A stretch of DNA of 30,987 bases from a virus (Duplodnaviria; Caudoviricetes), in the IMG/VR virus record IMGVR_UViG_3300020042_005696, positions 1-30,987 of that record. One strand, 5' to 3'. Made by a program: the position numbers and the translations under genes. Below, in pieces: positions 15,869-23,444 of the stretch. How positions within the stretch are numbered: position 1 is the stretch's first letter; each line of letters starts with the position of its first letter. Below the pieces are notes generated by a model that did no database searches, was not told the DNA's origin, and saw nothing but the letters and a program-made list of their open reading frames with translations.

Positions 15869-16863
15869 ACGAATCGAACGACGAATACCACGCAGACCTC
15901 ACACGCCAAAGCAACAGCATGCTTACCGTGTTGGCGAAGCGTAACGGGCCACAGCTATACGATGGCTACTATGTCTCGCGAACGCTTCCGCTGCCGGAAC
16001 AAACTGAGGCTATGGCGTTGGGCGAGATGGTTCATTGTATGGGGCTTGAGCCGACGGAATTCTGCCATCGGTTCGCAGTTATGCCGGACGGTTTAGATCG
16101 CGTTCGGAAGGCTGGGAAGATTGCGTGGCGATGCTTTGAATCGCAATCGAGAATCGATCTATGGCACGTAGTTAAGCCAGACATTAACCGTAGGACTAAT
16201 GCTGGAAAATACGACTACGCAAAGTGGTGTGATGCAAACACAGGGAAGGAGATAATTAGTTTCGAAGACTACGAGCAGGCAGAGTTGTTCATCGACGCAC
16301 TCGAATCAACTCGTGGAAAGAAGCTCGTTAAGCGTGACGATATCGAAACCGCTGAAGGCTGCGCAAACGCGATCTTATCCCACGACGAAATGCATATTCT
16401 ATCGCAGGAAGCGATGGTGGAAAAACGCATTGACTTCGAACTCGATGGCGTTGAAATGCGGTGCAAGCCGGACTGGGTTAGTCTGCTAGACGGAATTGAT
16501 TGCATTGTCGATATCAAAACAACACAAGACGCCAGCCCGATCGGCTTCGCCAGAAGCGCGGAACAGTTCGGCTATTATCGACAGGCGTGGCTTTATCGAG
16601 AGGCTATTCGTATCACGATGGGGATCGACTGCCGGTTTATCTTTGCGTGCGTTGAGACAATACCACCTTATAGCGTGGCGTGCTACGAACCATCGGAAGC
16701 GATGATGGCTGCGGGCGAGCATGACTTGCGATCGCTGCTGGCAGAGTATCGATACCGATACGAGGCTGATGACTGGATGCAGGATTGGAGTGTAGGGATA
16801 AATCGGCTGGACTTACCGCCGTATTTTAAGAAGAGAACTTTTACCGATATGAGAATGGCATGA
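15865..16863 (+). CDS. RecE-like PD-(D/E)XK exonuclease (exonuclease VIII/DUF3799-like)
   Basis: NDEYHA, AMALGEMVHCMGLEP, MRCKPD, IVDIKTT, YYRQAWLY, FIFACVE..PPY; adjacent to Bet. Confidence 0.88.
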   Translation: MNESNDEYHADLTRQSNSMLTVLAKRNGPQLYDGYYVSRTLPLPEQTEAMALGEMVHCMGLEPTEFCHRFAVMPDGLDRVRKAGKIAWRCFESQSRIDLWHVVKPDINRRTNAGKYDYAKWCDANTGKEIISFEDYEQAELFIDALESTRGKKLVKRDDIETAEGCANAILSHDEMHILSQEAMVEKRIDFELDGVEMRCKPDWVSLLDGIDCIVDIKTTQDASPIGFARSAEQFGYYRQAWLYREAIRITMGIDCRFIFACVETIPPYSVACYEPSEAMMAAGEHDLRSLLAEYRYRYEADDWMQDWSVGINRLDLPPYFKKRTFTDMRMA

Positions 16864-17639
16864 GCACAACAGAAATTGCAAAACAGGACGAACGGAAAAG
16901 CGTACTCGCAAGCATGGCGGCACGCTATGGCATGGAGGCGAAGGCGTTCGAGATAACCGTCAAGGCTACGCTTGGTTTAGACAAGTGCAACGAAGGGCAG
17001 TTTGCTGCGTTCCTTTGCGTGGCGAATGAGTATGGACTTAATCCGCTGACGAAGGAGATCTATGCGTTCCCGACGAAGTCAGGCGGCATACAACCGATAG
17101 TCGGGATTGACGGGTGGCTCAACCTAGCCAACTCCCATCCTATGTTTGACGGTATGGAATTTGAAGACGTGCTAGATCCGCAAGGTTGCTTGGCCGCGAT
17201 TACCTGCCGCATCCACCGTAAGGACCGCAGGCACTCTATCTGCGTGACGGAATACATGGGTGAGTGTAGAGGCAACACGCAACCTTGGAAGCAGTGGCCT
17301 GCACGCATGCTGCGGCACAAAGCGACTATCCAGGCTATTAGATATGCGTTTGGTTTCGCTGGCGTGATGGACCCTGATGAATATGACAGGATGATCACGG
17401 TTGAGGCTCATGTGACGAAGGCTGTCAAGAACGCACCTATCCGCATCCGCGACAACCGCGAGAACGGAAAGCAAACTATCCTGCCGATACAAAGCGAGAG
17501 CGAAGAAGAGTTTGCTGCACCGTTGCAAGTCACTGAGGATAACAAAGCTACTGTCGAATACGCAAAGGCAGCTGCGGCTCTCGAAGCGAGACTGGCGGAA
17601 GAGGCGAAGTTAGCTGATTCGGATAGAGGTGACGAATGA
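16860..17639 (+). CDS. bet: Single-strand annealing recombinase, lambda Bet/RecT family
   Basis: FLCVANEYGLNPLTKEIYAFP, IQPIVGIDGW, FDGMEF, TCRIHRKDR, PWKQWPARMLRHKATIQAIRYAFGFAG. Confidence 0.92.
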   Translation: MSTTEIAKQDERKSVLASMAARYGMEAKAFEITVKATLGLDKCNEGQFAAFLCVANEYGLNPLTKEIYAFPTKSGGIQPIVGIDGWLNLANSHPMFDGMEFEDVLDPQGCLAAITCRIHRKDRRHSICVTEYMGECRGNTQPWKQWPARMLRHKATIQAIRYAFGFAGVMDPDEYDRMITVEAHVTKAVKNAPIRIRDNRENGKQTILPIQSESEEEFAAPLQVTEDNKATVEYAKAAAALEARLAEEAKLADSDRGDE

Positions 17640-17922
17640 TCGCATGCAAGAGCTGTACAAAAGCATGACAAGATCGCAATCCGAACTAATCGCTATCGCG
17701 TTGTCCTTCGTTACAGATTGCCGCTGTCCGCAAAGCGTCTTCGAACACGCTGCGGAGTTGGAAAAACTTGGCATGCATGGAGCTGCGATACCACATATGC
17801 GGGCGCATAAGTGGAAAGCGATTATTGATAGCCTGATCACGTCAGGCAAGCTGATTGAACGCGATGGGTGTGTTGTGGCGGCTGGTGACGAGGATAAGCT
17901 GGAACAACTGCCGTTGTTTTAA
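17629..17922 (+). CDS. Hypothetical protein
   Basis: Intact ORF (GTG 17629 or ATG 17644); ends QLPLF, resembling a QLxLF sliding-clamp-binding motif. Confidence 0.6.
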   Translation: MTNDRMQELYKSMTRSQSELIAIALSFVTDCRCPQSVFEHAAELEKLGMHGAAIPHMRAHKWKAIIDSLITSGKLIERDGCVVAAGDEDKLEQLPLF

Positions 17923-17934
17923 GCTGAACACGAT

Positions 17935-17963
17935 TTGCAATTGGGTTTGCGAATCGGTATGAT
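17935..17963 (+). promoter_or_regulatory. Sigma70-type promoter for the replication module
   Basis: TTGCAA (17935-17940), 17 nt, TATGAT (17958-17963). Confidence 0.7.
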
Positions 17964-17974
17964 GACGTAATCGA

Positions 17975-18062
17975 TTGAGCATCGATAACCAAAACACCGC
18001 CCTGCCCCTCGTATCTTGCCTACTCGGCAGTCGATGCTCAAACGAGGGGCGGGGTTTCATTT
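17975..18062 (+). promoter_or_regulatory. Structured leader with two interleaved long stems
   Basis: TTGAGCATCGA (17975-17985)/TCGATGCTCAA (18031-18041) and CCCTGCCCCTCGT (18000-18012)/ACGAGGGGCGGGG (18042-18054), then TTTCATTT. Confidence 0.65.
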
Positions 18063-18074
18063 GGAGAAACGAAA

Positions 18075-18653
18075 ATGGAGCCAATCAAGACTGAATACAA
18101 GGGGATTGTGTTCGACTCGAAGTCTGAGGCGGTATTTGCTAGAGCATTGGATCTTGCTGGTAATGAGTGGTTTTATCATCCAGGATCACACTGCGGGCAT
18201 GATTGGGATTTCTTGGTGTTTTCTAGACAAATGGAGTACGCAAGAGAATGGTCTTCTTGTTGCGGAAAGACTTTTCACTCCGAGTCATCATTTTGCAATG
18301 GACCTGTAGTTAAGCCATCGTTAGTCGAGTTGAAGCCATCGATGCCAACTAGAACCTACGTTGACAATTTAACTCAGAAGATGCGAGATTGTCCTTATGA
18401 GTCACTTGTAGTATATGGATCTCCTTGGTCAGGAATAACGAATTATAAAAACCTAATCTATTCCGTTTATCCGATATTTAGCACGTACTACAAATATGGC
18501 TGGGGAGATTACGAACCATGCGCATCGAATGGATTCCCTGATCCTTACGCAATTGAGTATTGTGCGTTTCTAATGTACGGACTGAGCAACGATGTAGTTC
18601 TAGAGGCATCGAAATACCGATTCGATTTGGCAGTGCAACATGCCGCGCATTAG
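18075..18653 (+). CDS. Putative PD-(D/E)XK-like nuclease
   Basis: N-terminal TEYKGIVFDSKSEAVFARALD...WFYHP, WDFL, VELKP; RBS GGAG. Confidence 0.6.
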   Translation: MEPIKTEYKGIVFDSKSEAVFARALDLAGNEWFYHPGSHCGHDWDFLVFSRQMEYAREWSSCCGKTFHSESSFCNGPVVKPSLVELKPSMPTRTYVDNLTQKMRDCPYESLVVYGSPWSGITNYKNLIYSVYPIFSTYYKYGWGDYEPCASNGFPDPYAIEYCAFLMYGLSNDVVLEASKYRFDLAVQHAAH

Positions 18654-19434
18654 ATCGATCAAGCCAGAGTTTTTCCACCACAAAGGACTTGCTTCGACAA
18701 GTGCCCATGCAAGGCTTTTAGCGATAGGTTTGCTGACTCTTGCGGACTCTCAAGGTAGGCTACTTTGGATCGAAATGCAGGTGCACTCCCAGGTGTTTCC
18801 CTGGGAAAGAAAAGTGAACACCCAGGTACTTCTCGAAGAACTAATAAGGATAGACTACGTCAAATCCTATTCGCTATTAGGGAATGACTACATCGAAATA
18901 ACGAATTTCCTTAAACACCAAAGACTCACAGGCAAGGAGGCTGCGATGAAGTCAAAGCTACCTGGACCTAATGATTCCATTGGTGGAAACAGGGGAAACA
19001 ACGGTGAAACACCTGGGTGTTTCCCTGGGAAGTATCTAGATGCCCAGGGAACAGGGGAACAGGGGAACAGGGGAACAGGGGAACAGGGGTTAGGAAAAAC
19101 ACAACCTGAATCTTCAATTAAGACACAAGCAGTTATCGATAAGTGGAATTCCACGTTTGACCAAAAGTGCCGGATGACGGACAAACGCAGGTCGGCAGTT
19201 ACCGTTCGAATGAAAGATCCGTTTTGGGCGGAAAGTTGGGATCAAGCGATCGAGCAAGCTGGAGCAACTCCATTCTTGCGTGGCGTAAACGACAAGAACT
19301 GGTTTGCGGACTTCGACTGGTTTCTAAAGCCGGATTCACTGACCAAAATAATTGAGGGCAAGTACGGCACACGTGAGCACGTTTGTAAAGTAGCTGACAT
19401 GGAAAAGCTCGATCGCGAAAGGAGCGGAAAATGA
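18640..19434 (+). CDS. Replication initiator / replisome organiser (lambda O-like role)
   Basis: MPRIRSIKPEFF, GLLTLADSQGR, ITNFLKHQR, low-complexity linker with repeats, C-terminal FLRGVNDKNWFADFDWFLKP...IIEGKY. Confidence 0.8.
   Translation: MPRIRSIKPEFFHHKGLASTSAHARLLAIGLLTLADSQGRLLWIEMQVHSQVFPWERKVNTQVLLEELIRIDYVKSYSLLGNDYIEITNFLKHQRLTGKEAAMKSKLPGPNDSIGGNRGNNGETPGCFPGKYLDAQGTGEQGNRGTGEQGLGKTQPESSIKTQAVIDKWNSTFDQKCRMTDKRRSAVTVRMKDPFWAESWDQAIEQAGATPFLRGVNDKNWFADFDWFLKPDSLTKIIEGKYGTREHVCKVADMEKLDRERSGK
19045..19089 (+). repeat. 8-bp tandem repeat (CAGGGGAA) inside initiator gene
   Basis: cagggaa caggggaa caggggaa caggggaa caggggaa cagggg. Confidence 0.9.
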
Positions 19435-20408
19435 CGGTCCTTGATTACGCAAGAGCTTATGTTTCCGCTGGCATCTCTGTTTTGCCGCTTAGGCTTGACG
19501 GGACGAAGGGTCCGGCTATTGCCGCGTGGAAGCAATTCCAAACGCGTTTAGCGACGGATGCGGAGTTGTGCGAGTGGTTTGCAGTCGACGAGATGCTCGA
19601 CTGCCACACCGGTATTGGAGTGATAACGGGAAAAGTATCCGGTAATTTGGAAGTGATAGACTTCGACATGCACACGCTGATTTGGCCAGCGTTGTCGTTG
19701 CTGCCAAGGTCATTGGTTGAGAAGCTCGCGATTTACGAAACTCCAGGGGGTTGGCACGTTGCTTACCGCTGTGACGAGATTTGCGGCAACACGAAGATAG
19801 CAATGTGGGAACCAATCAAGACTCCAAGTCGAGTTGGCTACGGTCCAGCGGAATGCGGCAAGGGCGTTAGAATCGAATCACGTGGAGAGGGCGGCTACAT
19901 CGTTGCAGAAGGTTCGCCGTTTACAGTCCACGATACCGGCATACCGTATTGCCATTACTTCGGGCCGCGTCTTGAATGCGTCGAGACGATCACGCCAGAG
20001 CAACGCAAGGCACTATGGCAAGCGTGTAACCAATTTGACTTGAGCGACCAGCGACAACGCTTAACGGAAATCAGGATAACAGAACTAACAAGTAAGCCAG
20101 GCGTTGTCGATCTAGAGAAGCCTTGGGATTGGTTTGATCGCGTCGGAACGTGGGATGGTATTCTTTTGCCGCTCGGTTGGTCAAAGTGCGGCGATGGGGC
20201 GTATACGCGGCCAGGAAAGAAACATGGGGTTAGTGCCTCGGTCGGAAACCCCAACGGTATCGAACTACTGAAAATATGGTCAACATCGGTATCCGGGTCG
20301 GATTACAAATCACTTGGAAAGTTCAACGCGTTGGCTGAACTCAAGTTCGGCGGCGACACACGTGAAGCAGCAAAGTACGTTTCGGAACTCATGAAAGGCA
20401 AAAGATGA
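19431..20408 (+). CDS. Bifunctional DNA primase/polymerase (Prim-Pol domain)
   Basis: GISVLPL...KGPAIAAWKQFQ, GIGVITGKVSGNLEVIDFD, ETPGGWH, IESRGEGGYIV. Confidence 0.88.
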   Translation: MTVLDYARAYVSAGISVLPLRLDGTKGPAIAAWKQFQTRLATDAELCEWFAVDEMLDCHTGIGVITGKVSGNLEVIDFDMHTLIWPALSLLPRSLVEKLAIYETPGGWHVAYRCDEICGNTKIAMWEPIKTPSRVGYGPAECGKGVRIESRGEGGYIVAEGSPFTVHDTGIPYCHYFGPRLECVETITPEQRKALWQACNQFDLSDQRQRLTEIRITELTSKPGVVDLEKPWDWFDRVGTWDGILLPLGWSKCGDGAYTRPGKKHGVSASVGNPNGIELLKIWSTSVSGSDYKSLGKFNALAELKFGGDTREAAKYVSELMKGKR

Positions 20409-21337
20409 GCAACCCACTAATTGACGAAGAGGAAGTTCGCAAAGTCGAAGAGGAGCTGGCGGCGAAAGCAAGCAAGACGAAAGTATCCACGGTAAGGCAA
20501 GCTGTTGCTAACGTCATCGCAAACATTGAAAGCGGCGAGTCACCGTTAATCACGCTCGGCATACCGGAACTAGATTATGCGATAGGCGACGGGCTCGCGC
20601 AAGGTGAGATGCTTATCATCGGGGCTAGACCATCACACGGGAAGAGTGCCATTGCGTTACAGATGATTCACCACATAACACACAAAGGCATTCCAGTTCT
20701 CATCGTTTCGCAGGAGATGAGTGACTTAGCGTTAGGGAAACGGACATTACAGTTTTTGTCCGAGATACCGCAAGATGATTGGTCATTCAACGTCGATGCG
20801 TTACGACTTGAAGCCGAAGAACATTTTGCAGGGCGTGCCGATGCTTACATTCTTGAGACGATACCGAACGCAATGGAACTTTGCGAACGAGCAATCAAGA
20901 TGCAAGCCGAAAACGGAATTAAAGTTGTTGTTGTCGATTATGCTCAAATAGTCCAAGGCATTGGTAAAACACAATACGAACGAGTCACTGACGTAAGCTC
21001 AAGACTGCGACGGTTAGCAACGGAAACAGGGTTGACAATTATTGTTCTTGCTCAGTTATCGCGTGAAGTCGAGAAGCGTCCGGAGTTTATTCCAACTTCA
21101 AAGGACTTAAAGGACTCAGGACAGATTGAGCAAGACGCGGACGTTGTTATCTTTGCGGTATGGCCGTACAAGATCGATTCAAAGCGAGAGCGTAACCATT
21201 ATCAATTCATAGTCGATAAGAATCGCAATCGGGCAATCCGCAAACACGGCTTCGATGTGTATTTCGAACCGGAACGACAACGCTACCTAGACGCAAGCGT
21301 GGCTTGTATAAACAACGAATACTCAAAGGACTTCTAA
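20405..21337 (+). CDS. DnaB-like replicative helicase (C-terminal ATPase domain only)
   Basis: Walker A GARPSHGKS, SQEMS, VVVDYAQ, LAQLSREVEKR, DLKDSGQIEQDADVV, DKNRN. Confidence 0.92.
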   Translation: MSNPLIDEEEVRKVEEELAAKASKTKVSTVRQAVANVIANIESGESPLITLGIPELDYAIGDGLAQGEMLIIGARPSHGKSAIALQMIHHITHKGIPVLIVSQEMSDLALGKRTLQFLSEIPQDDWSFNVDALRLEAEEHFAGRADAYILETIPNAMELCERAIKMQAENGIKVVVVDYAQIVQGIGKTQYERVTDVSSRLRRLATETGLTIIVLAQLSREVEKRPEFIPTSKDLKDSGQIEQDADVVIFAVWPYKIDSKRERNHYQFIVDKNRNRAIRKHGFDVYFEPERQRYLDASVACINNEYSKDF

Positions 21338-21517
21338 ATGACACCGACACAACAAAACATCGTCGAAGACTTGGACTGCGTAAAAACGATACTTGAAGAC
21401 TTGGTAATAGTGGCTGAAGAAAAGTGCAAAGGCTACGCGGCTGGTGCTATCGATTTAGCCGCAGACGCTGTGGCACATGCCATCGATTTAGTTCGTGTAG
21501 CGGAGATGATGAAATGA
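21338..21517 (+). CDS. Small hypothetical protein (59 aa, absent from ORF track)
   Basis: MTPTQQNIVEDLDCVKTILEDLVIVAEEKCKGYAAGAIDLAADAVAHAIDLVRVAEMMK*; abuts helicase stop and has ATGA overlap with next gene. Confidence 0.65.
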   Translation: MTPTQQNIVEDLDCVKTILEDLVIVAEEKCKGYAAGAIDLAADAVAHAIDLVRVAEMMK

Positions 21518-21894
21518 AAATTGACGGAATACCAGAAGGTTGGGAGTTGGTGCGTATTGGAGAGGCTGAAGTGGATGAATGGTATATCGACTGGGGAGGG
21601 AAACCACAACATCGCGTCGAACGCACGATAGGAGGTTGTGCCATCGTCAAACGTATCGAGCCAACCTACCGACCATTCGCGAACGCTGCAGAGTTTATGC
21701 CGCATCGAGACAGGTGGGTGAAGTCGAAACTAGACTTGAGTTCTCATAATCGTGTTGGCAGAGTTGTACAGTACGACGATCAGCGAGCGTACTTTACGAA
21801 CGGAGAGGCGCATTCATCGCGCGACTGGGACTATCTTTTCAAGCATATGGTATTCGAAGACGGAACGCCTTTTGGAATCGATGCAACAAAATGA
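21514..21894 (+). CDS. Hypothetical protein
   Basis: ATG 21514: MKIDGIPEGWELVRIG...YRPFANAAEF...FEDGTPFG. Confidence 0.7.
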   Translation: MKIDGIPEGWELVRIGEAEVDEWYIDWGGKPQHRVERTIGGCAIVKRIEPTYRPFANAAEFMPHRDRWVKSKLDLSSHNRVGRVVQYDDQRAYFTNGEAHSSRDWDYLFKHMVFEDGTPFGIDATK

Positions 21895-21971
21895 TAGAGC
21901 GCATCGGAGCAATAGTGTGTTTGGTTTTTGCTGCTTACTGCATTTGGCGTCTCAATGAAAGAAGACAATGA
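21891..21971 (+). CDS. Putative 26-aa membrane peptide
   Basis: MIERIGAIVCLVFAAYCIWRLNERRQ*; ATGA overlaps at both ends. Confidence 0.55.
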   Translation: MIERIGAIVCLVFAAYCIWRLNERRQ

Positions 21972-22378
21972 AAATCACATTACCATTCCCCGACATGCAG
22001 CGATTACACGCACATGCAAAAGGTAACTCGCGTTACACCAAATCCAAAGCAACGAAAGAAGCGAGGCAGTTGGCGTGTTACGCGGCAACAGACATGCTCA
22101 ACAGAAAACTTACCGTCCCGTTAATTGGGAGAGTGCTTGTAAGCTACGCGATCTATGTTCCCGACAATCGCGAGCGCGACGAATGCAATATGCTTCAGGC
22201 GTGCAAGCCATACGTTGACGGACTCGTTGACGCTGGATTGTGTGGCGGAGATAGTTGGCAGAAAATGAGTTTGTTCAACGTGTTTGTAGAGATCGATCGA
22301 GAAGATCCAAGGGTTGAGATAACGCTGAACGGGACTCTCGGAAAAGGCGACATGATGGCGGTGAACCATGCTGACTGA
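21968..22378 (+). CDS. RusA-like Holliday junction resolvase
   Basis: ITLPFP, PDNRERDECNMLQACKPYVDGLVDAG..GDS, DPRVEITL. Confidence 0.75.
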   Translation: MKITLPFPDMQRLHAHAKGNSRYTKSKATKEARQLACYAATDMLNRKLTVPLIGRVLVSYAIYVPDNRERDECNMLQACKPYVDGLVDAGLCGGDSWQKMSLFNVFVEIDREDPRVEITLNGTLGKGDMMAVNHAD

Positions 22379-22745
22379 ACCACAAATCGAATACTGCCTC
22401 GCGAAGATCCGACAGCAACTAACACCAGTCGAGGGCCAAACATTTCGACCCAACATCGAACAAATCATCGGCACGATAAAACGGACTATCGATGAAGCCT
22501 ACCAAGACGACAAGGCTACAAGCGATTCAGACTCCATTTGCGAACTTGGACTTGAAGAACGGACGTCCAGTATTCTTGAACGAGCTGGCTACGAAACCGT
22601 TCTCGCACTTCGCAACGCATCAGCGAAAGAACTGCTTGAGATCAAGCATGTTGGGATCGGGATGCTTGAAGAAGTTAGGGAGGCGATTGCTGAACGTGGT
22701 TTTCGTTTGCGAGGTGACAAACCGAAAGGGTGTTTTCATGGATGA
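22368..22745 (+). CDS. Protein with RNA polymerase alpha subunit C-terminal domain (alpha-CTD)-like fold
   Basis: SICELGLEERTSSILERAGYETVLAL...ELLEIKHVGIGMLEEVREAIAERGFRL parallels alpha-CTD I-x-E-L-x-L-S-x-R...L-x3-G-I-x-T...L-L-x-I-x-N-x-G-x-K-S-L-x-E. Confidence 0.75.
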   Translation: MLTEPQIEYCLAKIRQQLTPVEGQTFRPNIEQIIGTIKRTIDEAYQDDKATSDSDSICELGLEERTSSILERAGYETVLALRNASAKELLEIKHVGIGMLEEVREAIAERGFRLRGDKPKGCFHG

Positions 22746-22941
22746 ATCATCGAAAACGTTATCTCGAAAAACTGTCGCGGCAATGTTGGGTGTAAGCGTT
22801 TGGACCGTTGACCGCTGGCGAAAAAACGGAAAGCTTCCAGAACCAGTCATGCCGTTCCATCGTGCACCTCGTTGGACTATTGCCCAAATTCAAAAAGTGA
22901 CGGATAAGATAAATCTAGTAGCATCGAGTAGCATCGAGTAG
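22738..22941 (+). CDS. AlpA/excisionase-like HTH regulator
   Basis: ATG 22738: LSRKTVAAMLGVSVWTVDRWRKNGKLPEP...PRW. Confidence 0.85.
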   Translation: MDESSKTLSRKTVAAMLGVSVWTVDRWRKNGKLPEPVMPFHRAPRWTIAQIQKVTDKINLVASSSIE

Positions 22942-22943
22942 CA
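22917..22943 (+). repeat. 10-bp direct repeat AGTAGCATCG (two full copies plus a 7-bp partial copy)
   Basis: agtagcatcg agtagcatcg agtagca. Confidence 0.85.
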
Positions 22944-23024
22944 CGCATGTTGTAATCGCGTTGCGTAATCGCTAGTGTGATCACTGAACCCGATTGATCT
23001 TTTTCACACTAAATGCGGTGCAAT

Positions 23025-23318
23025 ATGTCAAACACGCTGAATTCTTTGATTGACCAAGCGGTTGATCAGTGTCCGGTATTCCGGCGGATGGCATACAAAG
23101 CACTGCTTCGAAGTCCACGGGTGCGAAGTGCATTCGCTGCGACTCTGGCCGACAAAATGGTCGACGAGCCTTGCTGTGCATCAATCAACGATCCTTTGCG
23201 AGGTGAGTCTTTTGACGGTGACGTTGCACTTGCGATTGATCCGGCTAACCTCAAAGCAATCTTGGATTTCATCGTTTCGATTTTACCGTTGATCCTGAAA
23301 CTTTTCACGCACGTTTGA
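23025..23318 (+). CDS. Hypothetical protein with C-terminal hydrophobic helix
   Basis: ATG 23025; ends AILDFIVSILPLILKLF. Confidence 0.7.
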   Translation: MSNTLNSLIDQAVDQCPVFRRMAYKALLRSPRVRSAFAATLADKMVDEPCCASINDPLRGESFDGDVALAIDPANLKAILDFIVSILPLILKLFTHV

Positions 23319-23444
23319 TGGGGCGAGGTTGGCGTGCCTTGGCTTGTGCATCATGGGGCCGAAAACGCTTGTCAGCCAGCAGAGCAGTAGAAATTTCCTA
23401 CAATCACTGGCCTGTTTCCAAACAGGACGAAAGATGTTGAAACT

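Noticed and set aside
19045-19089. Tandem repeat considered as a CRISPR array
   Set aside because: Contiguous 8-bp units with no spacers, inside a CDS, and no cas genes.
14027-22941. Lysogeny module inferred from excisionase-like HTH genes
   Set aside because: No integrase, att site or divergent repressor in the window; lifestyle cannot be determined.
23405-23440. Hairpin followed by GGACGAAA resembling a hammerhead ribozyme stem II
   Set aside because: The required CUGANGA core is absent upstream of the stem.
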